Shown here piece after piece: positions 25,949 to 39,000 of a stretch of 64,000 nucleotides of DNA (its first letter is position 1; each line of letters starts with the position of its first letter). The position numbers and the translations under genes were made by a program. Under the pieces are notes generated by a model. It saw nothing but the letters and a program-made list of their open reading frames with translations. It was not told the origin of the DNA and searched no databases. This DNA is from Haliotis rufescens (lineage: Eukaryota): contig NW_025964223.1 in NCBI RefSeq assembly GCF_023055435.1, forward strand, positions 37,324,001-37,388,000. Direction: 5' to 3'.

Positions 25949-28900
25949 TCACTTCCGTCTCTCTGCCCTGAGTTTGAAGGGAGGGGGCAGCCCCGTGCCT
26001 ATGTCACTGTGTACGGCCTTGAGTGGGTCCGCCCCCGAGGGGAGGCTGAAGCTGAACCTCTGCATAAGGCTGGTTAGGAACATGAAGGTATCCATCTTAG
26101 CCAGAGACTCCCCTGGACACACACGGGCACCTGTAACAACAAAGGAAACGGCGCTCCTTAAGAATCAATTGTTTCGTTACACTATACAAGAATATACTGG
26201 TCATTTAAAAAGGAGCACTTCCCCAAAAGAGGGCAACTACACCCATGAAAACCAGCTGCAGTATATCATACTGACCTACCGTGCAGTCAGGTCATATCCT
26301 GGTATATCAATAAGTTATTTCTTTATACCTTTGTAAAGGCTTGTACACACTATGAGGTTGCTGGAACAATTCCATGTACCTACACGCCGTGATATAACGG
26401 ACATACTGTTCAAAGCGGCCTTAAACCCTACTCGCACTCTCCACGTACCTCCACTGAAGGGCATGAATGCTTCAGGTCTGCACACCTGGCCATCTGCATC
26501 CAGGAAGTGGGTGGGGTCAAATTTGTCCGGATCCGCCCACGTATTGGCGGCGTAGTGGATTGACCACAGGTTGATAAACACGAACGTGTCTTTGGGGATG
26601 TTATAGCCGCTGATGACAACGTCACGCGTCGTTGCGTGAGGGACAGCTGCGGGGGAATACAATGAAATGTGAATACACATTAGTACCTGTAAAAGAGGTA
26701 CCTCACGTATGGCCGAGATACAACGTGACGACCTACAACACGGACACACTCCTTTCTACATTTTGTCCGGACCTACTGAATGACGGTGTATCAGTGTATT
26801 GCTAGTGCATATGACAGAAAGAGATTTTATCGTGTGTTTTTTATATCATGATCTCTATTGGCATAATTACCTAACGGGGCCACTGTTGAGAAGCGTAGGA
26901 TCTCAAGTATCGTTGCCTCTGAAATATGAACAGTCGCCAAGTGATATATTGTCATTAATTCTCTAATAACTAACAGTAATATTTAGTTATATGTGACAAT
27001 TTGAACCAAAATATACCTGAATAATTCTTTTCCTCATATTCAGAACTATTTAGTGTGTGTGTGTGTGCGTGGGGGGGGGGGGGGGGGGGAGAGGCGTGAA
27101 GAAATCATATCACGAACAGTAATGGTAACACAAGTAGTAATTGGCAATACTCATGAAACAATCTAGTCAAGTACAAAAAAATATTTTTTCTATTGGTTGT
27201 TGTTTAACGCCACACTCACACTATTCCAGCATTTAAAAAAGTAAAAAAAGGTAGCCGTATCACACATGAGTCATGAGTAGTAGGGCAATGTCACCGCAAA
27301 CATAAAAAACACAAGGACTTACACGTTAATTAATTCATTAAACGTAAGATATAATCATAAGCATGTTATGAACAGGTTCGTACCCATATATGGCATGTTG
27401 TGTCGGTCACTCATTTTCGGATTGCGTGCATCGCCAATGACGTCATTGATTTCTGCCTTTAGGCGTTTGTATACTTCCGGGTGCGCCACCAGAAGTGCCA
27501 GAGACCAGACTAGAGTCCGAGTGGTGGTCTCACTTCCGGCAATATACAAGTCTCCCAAGAACCAGTGGAGCTGGTCATCTGATAACACAGTTATAGTAAT
27601 ATCATAGTGCACGTGCTACAGTTCAGATTCCCGCTATACGTCTGCTGTCTGATATATGCTGCACTCATAACAGATGTTGGCAGCTTAATGGAGAACAAAA
27701 GGGTATTTGGGGCGACAAAATATGATTTTTTAGGACCATTCCCACCCAATAAATTCTGTTGTTTGTTGTTTAACGCCGTACTCAGCAATATATTCCAGCT
27801 CAATATGGCGGCTCCTATAGTAAATGATGTCTACTGAATGGTGTACAAAGTCCTTAATTCTAACAGCCTCGTCAGACTCATTCAAAATCTGTTTTAATGC
27901 ACAATGTATCTGAAATAAACTACTGAATGTCCACAACTCCTTGTTGTTTGACATTGAAAGCCTGTGTTGCACGCCAGGTAACCGATACAGGCTCTGCTCC
28001 ACTCAGTATTCAGCGTTGTGTTTTGTTTTATATTTACATAAATATATGGAACTGTACACTCGAACTGCATGTACACTCGAATTGTAAATACTTATATATA
28101 TAAAGAGAATCCCCAAAGAGAATAGGGGATATGTAAATGTTATGATCAGTCTTCAAAATATCAGTTTTGAAAGATGACAGAGATAAGGAACCTAAGTCAC
28201 AACACACCCTAAACATTGCACGTGGACCATACTATTTCTCCGTGCACGTACACGGTCCGTAACCCTGCTTTATTGTAGAATTTATGATCAGCTTGGTAAT
28301 GCGTGATGAAGGCCTATAAAGGGCTACTGGCATGCTTCAAACTTGTTGGTTTAAGCGAGAAGTACCCAATATTTTCAATGTGCCTCAGGCTGTGATTTGC
28401 AGACTTTAGAACAGGTTTCTGCTGACACAAAATGTTAATGATCGGCCCTGGCTTTAAGTTAACGAGTCCAAACAGCCAATCAAATTGCTGTTCACATGGG
28501 CCGGGGCACCGAGTTCGAGTCGCTGAAAAGAGGATCAGATTATATGATCGTCTGAAAGGAGTAATCTGCATGCTCGGCTGTCACCATTAACAAATCAGCC
28601 TGAAGTCTCTGCACAAACACTCCCTCAATTTGTCATTGGCAGACTGATTCGGACCATGTCACGTCGTAGAAACGAATGTTTGACCAAGTCATCTCAAACT
28701 TTCATTTTTGACTGCACACCCCTGTCTTCTTTCCTGGTTGTTTGCACCCTCGCAATACACCCTCAACATGTTCTGTCGACTGTCATGTTACACCTAGTCC
28801 TTCCAGTCTTTTAACCATGCATCAGCATTGGTTATCGAGCGATGTTTTTGTTTTAAATTGTATAGTTCAAAACACAGTGCATAGTTCAGATTAGGATATA

Positions 28901-31900
28901 GGACTAATATACATACATACCTGTAAAGGATGAGCTGTGATCTCCGCTTTCCCGCGCTTTGTGTTGTTCCAGAAGGAAGGCATCGATGACGTCATAAACC
29001 TCGTTCTCAGGTCGGAAATGCTGCCTGTGTTCTTCTACTATTCCTTTTATTACGTCTATAAAAGAAATAACCCAGCAGTTAGCAGCCACGCCGGATCATC
29101 CCAATTATTTCACACGTACGTACACACATACGCACTATCGTGAACACCCTGCTTGTGGACACACTACCCTAGGAATATGTATATCCTATTATATAACTAT
29201 AGTAACCCTTCCTGGCGCACCTATAAACTTTCCACAGGTGTCATAGATCTTGTTCAGCAGCTTCCGGTTGGATGGGAGGAACCGGAGCCAGGGCACGAAC
29301 TGCACGAGCGCCGCCTTCTTGGTTGGGTTCTTCTCTTGGTCGAACGTCTGCAGTAGTGTCAGGAAACGCTCGTCATCATACTCGAACCTGTCGGCAGCCA
29401 TCAGGTAGGGGAGATGAGTTAGTACAGTACCGAGTATTTACTGAGTGAGTGTGTGAATGTCGTTCAATGCGGCAGTCAGCAATGTTCCAGCTTATGGGGG
29501 TGGCCTGTAAATATTCGAGTCTTGCCCAGGCAAACCATGCAGTGACTGAACCCATGAGCAACGCCCCAACACCCATCAGCCATGTCACCGGGACTGACTA
29601 CACATTCAGTCTTAAGATGTACATGTATTATATGAAAGTTGTGTGTTACAACTAACGTGTGTAGGTATACTTTCCTGCCTCAAGGTTTATAGTGAACATG
29701 TGTGCCTGCATGGTAGTCTTTGGCATATGCCTCAACTCAGATTTGACAATGTCGCAGTATGTGTCATGGTGCCAAAAGACATAGGCCTAGATGTTGGGAG
29801 ACAGATGACGCTTGAGCATCAATATAGAGTTGTTTGTTCAAAAATACTAAGGTCTGTTATAGAAACACTGGAAGTACCGTGACCCGAAGCAGATGTTACA
29901 GATGATGTTGGAGACCCCCTTAAAGATGACAGGATAAGGCTCGAACGGCTCTCCTATCATCTTGTCGAATGTTGACGACAGCACCTGTCGGTGGAAACGT
30001 TCTTTGTACACACATGCACGACCTGAATCACTTTGGATCTTCGCCCGAAATTAGCTGACACACCGAAATATAGCTGTATAATGTTCAAACTTCCGTCCGA
30101 CCAAACCCACAACACATTCGAATAATTGTAGGCAATAGCTATAATTCAGTATTAGCTGTTCTATCAGCCATGGCTGCGGGTGTTCAGTCACTTTATACAT
30201 ATTACCCAGACCTGTACGTAATTCAGGAGTTCAGCCACTTTATACATATTTCCCCGGCCAGTACGTAATTCAGGTGTTCAGTCACTTTATACATATTACC
30301 CCGGCCAGTACTTAATTCAGGTGTTCAGTCACTTTATACATATTCCCCCGACCTGTACGTAATTCAGGGTTTCAGTCACTTTATACATATTACCCCGGCC
30401 TGTACGTAATTCTTGTGTTCAGTCACTTTATACATATTACCCCGGCCAGTACTTAATTCAGGTGTTCAGTCACTTTATACATATTACCCCGACCTGTACG
30501 TAATTCAGGTGTTCAGTCACTTTATACATATTAGTGTTCAGTCACTTTATACATATTACCCCGGCCAGTACTTAATTCAGGTGTTCAGTCACTTTATACA
30601 TATTACCCGGCCTGTACGTAATTCAGGGGTTCAGTCACTTTATACATATTACCCAGACCTGTACGTAATTCAGGAGTTCAGCCACTTTATACATATTTCC
30701 CCGGCCAGTACTTAATTCAGGTGTTCAGTCACTTTATACATATTCCCCCGACCTGTACGTAATTCAGGGGTTCAGTCACTTTATACATATTACCCCGGCC
30801 TGTACGTAATTCTTGTGTTCAGTCACTTTATACATATTACCCCGGCCAGTACTTAATTCAGGTGTTCAGTCACTTTATACATATTACCCCGACCTGTACG
30901 TAATTCAGGTGTTCAGTCACTTTATACATATTAGTGTTCAGTCACTTTATACATATTACCCCGGCCAGTACTTAATTCAGGTGTTCAGTCACTTTATACA
31001 TATTACCCGGCCTGTACGTAATTCAGGGGTTCAGTCACTTTATACATATTACCCAGACCTGTACGTAATTCAGGAGTTCAGCCACTTTATACATATTTCC
31101 CCGGCCAGTACGTAATTCAGGTGTTCAGTCACTTTATACATATTACCCCGGCCAGTACTTAATTCAGGTGTTCAGTCACTTTATACATATTCCCCCGACC
31201 TGTACGTAATTCAGGTGTTCAGTCACTTTATACATATTACCCCGGCCTGTACGTAATTCTTGTGTTCAGTCACTTTATACATATTACCCCGGCCAGTACT
31301 TAATTCAGGTGTTCAGTCACTTTATACATATTACCCCGACCTGTACGTAATTCAGGTGTTCAGTCACTTTATACATATTAGTGTTCAGTCACTTTATACA
31401 TATTACCCCGGCCAGTACTTAATTCAGGTGTTCAGTCACTTTATACATATTACCCGGCCTGTACGTAATTCAGGGGTTCAGTCACTTTATACATATTACC
31501 CCGGCCAGTACTTAATTCAGGTGTTCAGTCACTTTATACATATTACCCCGACCTGTACGTAATTCAGGTGTTTAGTCACTTTATAAATATTACCCCGACC
31601 TGTACGTAATTCAGGTGCGCAGTCACTTTATACATATTACCCCGACCTGTACGTGATTCAGGGGTTCAGTCACTTTATACATATTACACCGACCTGTACG
31701 TAATTCAGGTGTTCAGTCACTTTATACATATAACCCCGGCCATTACGTAATTCAGGTGTTCAGTCACTTTAAACATATTACCCCGACCTGTACGTAATTC
31801 AGATGTTCAGTCACTTTATACATATTACCCAGACCTGTACGTAATTCAGGTGTTCAGTCACTTTATACATATAACCGCGGCCATTACGTAATTCAGGTGT

Positions 31901-34900
31901 TCAGTCACTTTATACATATTACCCCGACCTGTACGTAATTCAGGTGTTCAGTCACTTTATACATACTACCCCGGCCAGTACGTAATTCAGGTGTTCAGTC
32001 ACTTTATACATATAACCGCGGCCAGTACGTAATTCAGGTGTTCAGTCTCTTTATACATATTACCCCGACCTGTACGTAATTCAGGTATTCAGTCACTTTA
32101 TACATATTTCCCTGACCAGTACGTAATTCAGGTGTTCAGTCACTTTATACATATTACCCCGACCTGTATGTTATTCAGGTGTTCTGTCACTTTATACATA
32201 TTACCCAGACCTGTACGTGATTCAGGGGTTCAGTCACTTTATACATATTATCCCGACCTGTACGTCATTCAGGTGTTCAGACACTTTATACATATAACCC
32301 CGGCCAGTATGTAATTCAGGTGTTCAGTCACTTTATACATATTACCCAGACCTGTACGTAATTCAGGTGTTCAGTCACTTTATACATATTACCCCGACCT
32401 GTACGTAATTCAGTTGTTCAGTCACTTTATACATATTACCGAGACCTGTACGTAATTCAGGAGTTCAGTCACTTTATACATATGTCCCCGGCCAGTATGT
32501 AATTCAGGTGTTTAGTCACTTTATACATATTACCCCGATCAGTACGTAATTCAGGTGTTCTGTCACTTAATACATATTACACCGACCTGTACGTAATTCA
32601 GGTGTTCAGTCACTTTATACATATAACCCCGGCCAGTATGTAATTCAGGGGTTCAGTCACTTTATACATATTTCCAAGACATGTACGTAATTCAGGTGTT
32701 CAGTCACTTTATACATATTACCCCGACCAGTACGTAATTCAGGTGTTCAGTCACTTTATACATATAACCTCGGCCAGTACGTAATTCAGGTGTTTAGTCA
32801 CTTTATACATATTTCCAAGACCTGTACGTAATTCAGGTGTTCAGTCACTTTATACATATTACCCAGACCTGTACGTAATTCAAGAGTTCAGTCACTTTGA
32901 ACATATTACCCCGGCCAGTACTTAATTCAGGTGTTCAGTCACTTTATACATATTACCCCGACCTGTACGTAATTCAGGTGTTCAGTCACTTTATACATAT
33001 AAGTGTTCAGTCACTTGATACATATTACCCCGACCTGTACGTAATTCTTGTGTTCAATCACTTTATACATATTACCCCGGCCAGTACTTAATTCAGGTGT
33101 TCAGTCACTTTATACATTTTACCCCGACCTGTACGTAATTCAGGGATTCAGTCACTTTACACATATTACCCCGGCCTGTACGTAATTCTTGTGTTCAGTC
33201 ACTTTATACAAATAACCCCGGCCAGTACGTAATTCAGGGGTTCAGTCACTTTATACATATTTCCCCGACCTGTACGTAATTCAGTTGTTCAGACAGTTTA
33301 TACATATTACCCCGGCCTGTACGTAATTCTTGTGTTCAGTCACTTTATACATATTACCCCGGCCAGTACTTAATTCAGGTGTTCAGTCACTTTATACATA
33401 TTACCCCGACCTGTACGTAATTCAGGTGTTCAGTCACTTTATACATATTAGTGTTCAGTCACTTTATACATATTACCCCGGCCAGTACTTAATTCAGGTG
33501 TTCAGTCACTTTATACATATTACCCGGCCTGTACGTAATTCAGGGGTTCAGTCACTTTATACATATTACCCCGGCCAGTACTTAATTCAGGTGTTCAGTC
33601 ACTTTATACATATTACCCCGACCTGTACGTAATTCAGGTGTTTAGTCACTTTATAAATATTACCCCGACCTGTACGTAATTCAGGTGCGCAGTCACTTTA
33701 TACATATTACCCCGACCTGTACGTGATTCAGGGGTTCAGTCACTTTATACATATTACCCAGACCTGTACGTAATTCAGGTGTTCAGTCACTTTATACATA
33801 TAACCCCGGCCATTACGTAATTCAGGTGTTCAGTCACTTTAAACATATTACCCCGACCTGTACGTAATTCAGATGTTCAGTCACTTTATACATATTACCC
33901 AGACCTGTACGTAATTCAGGTGTTCAGTCACTTTATACATATAACCGCGGCCATTACGTAATTCAGGTGTTCAGTCACTTTATACATATTACCCCGACCT
34001 GTACGTAATTCAGGTGTTCAGTCACTTTATACATATTACCCTGACCTGTACATAATTCAGGTGTTCAGTCACTTTATACATATTACCACGACCTGTACGT
34101 AATTCAGGTGTTCTGTCACTTTATACATACTACCCCGGCCAGTACGTAATTCAGGTCTTCAGTCACTTTTTACATATTATCCACACCTGTACGTAATTCA
34201 GGTGTTCAGTCTCTTTATACATATTACCCCGACCTGTACGTAATTCAGGTATTCAGTCACTTTATACATATTTCCCTGACCAGTACGTAATTCAGGTGTT
34301 CAGTCACTTTATACATATTACCCCGACCTGTATGTAATTCAGGTGTTCTGTCACTTTATACATATTACCCAGACCTGTACGTGATTCAGGGGTTCAGTCA
34401 CTTTATACATATTATCCCGACCTGTACGTCATTCAGGGGTTCAGTCACTTTATACATATTACCCCGACCTGTACGTAATTCAGTTGTTCAGTCACTTTAT
34501 ACATATTACCGAGACCTGTACGTAATTCAGGAGTTCAGTCACTTTATACATATTACCCCGACCTGTACGTAATTCAGGTGTTTAGTCACTTTATAAATAT
34601 TACCCCGACCTGTACGTAATTCAGGTGCGCAGTCACTTTATACATATTACCCCGACCTGTACGTGATTCAGGGGTTCAGTCACTTTATACATATTACCCA
34701 GACCTGTACGTAATTCAGGTGTTCAGTCACTTTATACATATAACCCCGGCCATTACGTAATTCAGGTGTTCAGTCACTTTAAACATATTACCCCGACCTG
34801 TACGTAATTCAGATGTTCAGTCACTTTATACATATTACCCAGACCTGTACGTAATTCAGGTGTTCAGTCACTTTATACATATAACCGCGGCCATTACGTA

Positions 34901-37900
34901 ATTCAGGTGTTCAGTCACTTTATACATATTACCCCGACCTGTACGTAATTCAGGTGTTCAGTCACTTTATACATATTACCCTGACCTGTACATAATTCAG
35001 GTGTTCAGTCACTTTATACATATTACCACGACCTGTACGTAATTCAGGTGTTCTGTCACTTTATACATACTACCCCGGCCAGTACGTAATTCAGGTCTTC
35101 AGTCACTTTTTACATATTATCCACACCTGTACGTAATTCAGGTGTTCAGTCTCTTTATACATATTACCCCGACCTGTACGTAATTCAGGTATTCAGTCAC
35201 TTTATACATATTTCCCTGACCAGTACGTAATTCAGGTGTTCAGTCACTTTATACATATTACCCCGACCTGTATGTAATTCAGGTGTTCTGTCACTTTATA
35301 CATATTACCCAGACCTGTACGTGATTCAGGGGTTCAGTCACTTTATACATATTATCCCGACCTGTACGTCATTCAGGGGTTCAGTCACTTTATACATATT
35401 ACCCCGACCTGTACGTAATTCAGTTGTTCAGTCACTTTATACATATTACCGAGACCTGTACGTAATTCAGGAGTTCAGTCACTTTATACATATGTCCCCG
35501 GCCAGTATGTAATTCAGGTGTTTAGTCACTTTATACATATTACCCCGATCAGTACGTAATTCAGGTGTTCTGTCACTTTATACATATTACACCGACCTGT
35601 ACGTAATTCAGGTGTTCAGTCACTTTATACATATAACCCCGGCCAGTATGTAATTCAGGGGTTCAGTCACTTTATACATATTTCCAAGACATGTACGTAA
35701 TTCAGGTGTTCAGTCACTTTATACATATTACCCCGACCAGTACGTAATTCAGGTGTTCAGTCACTTTATACATATAACCTCGGCCAGTACGTAATTCAGG
35801 TGTTTAGTCACTTTATACATATTTCCAAGACCTGTACGTAATTCAGGTGTTCAGTCACTTTATACATATTACCCAGACCTGTACGTAATTCAAGAGTTCA
35901 GTCACTTTGTACATATTACCCCGGCCAGTACTTAATTCAGGTGTTCAGTCACTTTATACATATTACCCCGACCTGTACGTAATTCAGGTGTTCAGTCACT
36001 TTATACATATAAGTGTTCAGTCACTTGATACATATTACCCCGACCTGTACGTAATTCTTGTGTTCAGTCACTTTATACATATTACCCCGGCCAGTACTTA
36101 ATTCAGGTGTTCAGTCACTTTATACATTTTACCCCGACCTGTACGTAATTCAGGGGTTCAGTCACTTTACACATATTACCCCGGCCTGTACGTAATTCTT
36201 GTGTTCAGTCACTTTATACAAATAACCCCGGCCAGTACGTAATTCAGGGGTTCAGTCACTTTATACATATTTCCCCGACCTGTACGTAATTCAGGTGTTC
36301 AGACACTTTATACATATTACCCCGGCCTGTACGTAATTCTTGTGTTCAGTCACTTTATACATATTACCAAGACCTGTACGTAATTCAGGTGTTCAGTCAC
36401 TTTATACATATTACCCAGACCTGTACGTAATTCAAGAGTTCAGTCACTTTGTACATATTACCCCGGCCAGTACTTAATTCAGATGTTCAGTCACTTTATA
36501 CATATTACCCCGACCTGTACGTAATTCAGGTGTTCAGTCACTTTATACATATTAGTCTTCAGTCACTTGATACATATTACCCCGACCTGTACGTAATTCT
36601 TGTGTTCAGTCACTTTATACATATTACCATGGCCAGTACTTAATTCAGGTGTTCAGTCACTTTATACATATTACCCCGACCTGTACGTAATTCAGGGGTT
36701 CAGTCACTTTATACATATTACACCGACCTGTACGTAATTCAGGTGTTCAGTCACTTTATACATATAACCCCGGCCAGTACGTAATTCAGGGGTTCAGTCA
36801 CTTTATACATATTACCCCGACCTGTACGTAATTCAGGTATTCAGTCACCTTATACATATTACCCTGACCTTTACGTAATTCAGGTGTTCAGTCACTTTAT
36901 ACATATTACCCCGACCTGTACGTTGTTCAGGGGTTCAGTCACTTTATACATATTACCCCGACCTGTACGTAATTCAGGGGTTCAGTCACTTTATACATAT
37001 TACCCCGACCTGTACGTAATTCGGTGAAAAAAATCGGTGATTTTGAACTGAAAAACACCTTATACTTCACCCCTGACAGTATGGTTTCTGCAGAGAGCAG
37101 ACACTGGGCAGTAATCTTAATACAGACAAAGGTAGTCCAGAAGGGCACAAATATAGATAGAAATAGAAGGATCCCACGCGCATAGATTTAAGCTGGACGA
37201 AGTGTTCGCGGAAATTTCCCCAAAGTTCCATACATATACATTTTTTTATATCCTTGGTTTATTCCCTCAGTGACTACATACTAGACACTGGTATTTTGAC
37301 CTTCATCAAGGGATTCATCTGGGTACAACCGAAACGACCCTAAACAAATATATATGTTGTCACCCTCGGCTGTCTTTGGATATGCTCCACACACTTATAT
37401 ATGCTATAACGGGTAGCTGCATACATATCTCACATACTGTAACAGACCAACAATAGCGGTCCATGGTGCCGAGGATGTTCCATAACCTTCTCACCTCCAT
37501 CTCCTGGACGATCTTCTCCTCCAGCTCGATCTTCCCCACTCTGCCGATCTCCCGGAGACAGGAGAAGGCAAACTTCCGCTGTTCCTTCAGCCGCCTTCCC
37601 CCGTACGGCAATTGAGACAGCCCGTTAATCCCCGTCACGGTGTTGTTGATGTAGAGGGAGGGGCGGTCAGCGAAGGCGTCGGCCTGGCCTACCAGAGTCG
37701 CTACAAGACAACATCATGCCATCAGCCACTCATGATCATCGATGGAGGCGATACAAAGACGATTAATGACAAAACTCCTTTGGCTAACATAATGTTAAGT
37801 CTTGAAAATATGTAAATCTTACCTTTTATGACGTCGTATCCATTCAAGACAACCATGAGCCTGTTCGCGAAGTACAGTTTGAACACCGGGCCGTACTGCT

Positions 37901-38087
37901 TTGCGAACTTCATGAAGTTAATCTCTGGTCTTAGGCCAAAGTCTTTGAGATTTCCGAACAGGAAATGCCCGGAGGGGCCGGGCGGAAGATTCCGGGGTCG
38001 GGACTGCCGCCACCACCACGCCAGGGCCAAAACAACCCCAAACACCAGCCCTGTACTCAGGTCCGGCAGCAAGCAGCACCAAGACAT
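25949..38087 (-). CDS. Cytochrome P450, CYP2 clan (500 aa, 9 exons)
   Basis: Exons 38087-37823, 37700-37495, 29984-29878, 29387-29221, 29055-28921, 27578-27384, 26918-26871, 26646-26449 and 26130-25949 are all GT-AG and total 1503 nt in frame. Motifs: N-terminal membrane anchor, LPPGP, I-helix AGSETT, K-helix EILR, FDPTHF and heme-binding FSGGARVCPG; the protein ends PPPFKLRAERRK*. Confidence 0.94.
28318..28452 (+). mobile_element. Tc1 transposase 5' fragment in CYP intron 5
   Basis: AGGGCTACTGGCATGCTTC...AATGTTAATGATCGGCCC closely matches the HTH-coding segment of the Tc1 relic at 52240-52370. Confidence 0.65.
30179..37022. repeat. Satellite B array 1, 47-bp unit, about 146 copies, filling CYP intron 2
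   Basis: Tandem GTGTTCAGTCACTTTATACATATTACCCCGACCTGTACGTAATTCAG with nested higher-order duplications. Confidence 0.98.
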
Positions 38088-38116
38088 AGTGCGCTCTTCC
38101 AAATGCTGATAACATA

Positions 38117-38368
38117 CGAGGGGCGTTCAATAAGTTTTGCAACTTTCAATATAATCTTCATTCACCTCAATACACTTATTCCATTTGTCCTTCAAGCTTT
38201 TAATACCATTTTTATAGAAATCCGCAGATTGGCCCTCTAACCACGCCTCTGTGGCAGCCGTTATGTCCTCGTCATCCTGGAAGCGTCTTCCATGTAGGGC
38301 AGATTTCATTTGCCGGAACAAGAAATAGACTCACTGGGGGCTAAGTCTGGGCTGTAGGGTGGGTCATT
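38117..38368 (-). mobile_element. Mariner 3' end (different family from copies 1 and 2)
   Basis: TA plus TIR CGAGGGGCGTTCAATAAG. Encodes PPYSPDLAPS...LHGRRFQDDED...FYKNGIKSLKDKWNKCIEVNEDYIE, a mariner C-terminus. Confidence 0.88.
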
Positions 38369-38856
38369 TAACTGTACAGTCCAGACTTAGTCACAATGCT
38401 ACAACCATTAGTGTGTCTGGCCAGACAAACCAATGGTTGTATCATTGAGTCTTGGCAAGACACACTAATCAGACATACTTGTCAGATTGTTAGCATTTTG
38501 TGTTTTCTTACACGACTGAATGTGACCTAGACAGTGGGGTGAAAAAGAGTGAATCCTGTTTTACGCCGACGTAATCATATCAGCCATGTCATACTAATAT
38601 CACGGCGAGCTGGTAATCGGGCCTGGACTTGACAGTATGAGTAACTTCCACAACCAGGACAATCTTCCTCCATCAGGGCAACTTTAGCCTCACTACCACA
38701 ATCATGGGCTACTGGGGGCATCCCGAAAGCCCTGCCTCTTATAGTCTAATACTGTATGTCCATTTATAGATGAGTGAGGTTAATCGCGACAGATTGCACT
38801 GGATCACTGGATCGCAGCCTTTTAACAGACAAATGAAGTATGATAAAAAGCACCTT

Positions 38857-39000
38857 GGGATACGTAGCTTAGTGCCAAGGAATACGTAGCTTAGAGCATA
38901 GGGATACGTAGCTTAGTACATAGGGATACGTAGCTTAGTACATAGGGATGCGTAGCTTAGAGCATAGGGATACGTAGCTTAGTGCATAGGGATACTTAGC
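38857..39000. repeat. Minisatellite, 22-bp unit, about 6.5 copies
   Basis: (AGGGATACGTAGCTTAGWRCAT)n. Confidence 0.9.

Noticed and set aside
25949-26000. Suspected frameshift in the last CYP exon
   Set aside because: Recounting the C/G run gives CTG CCC CCT CCC TTC in frame to a normal stop.
27052-27092. (GT)n plus G20 tract as a functional G-quadruplex (also 62651-62676)
   Set aside because: Simple intronic or TE-associated low-complexity sequence with no evidence of function.
30179-37022. CRISPR-like periodicity and repeated ~100-aa ORFs
   Set aside because: No unique spacers and no cas genes. It is a head-to-tail eukaryotic satellite.
37290-37345. Possible hammerhead ribozyme (CGAAAC near a TGATGA-like motif)
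   Set aside because: The core motifs lie on opposite strands and the required stems could not be built. Other CTGATGA hits also lack a matching GAAA stem.
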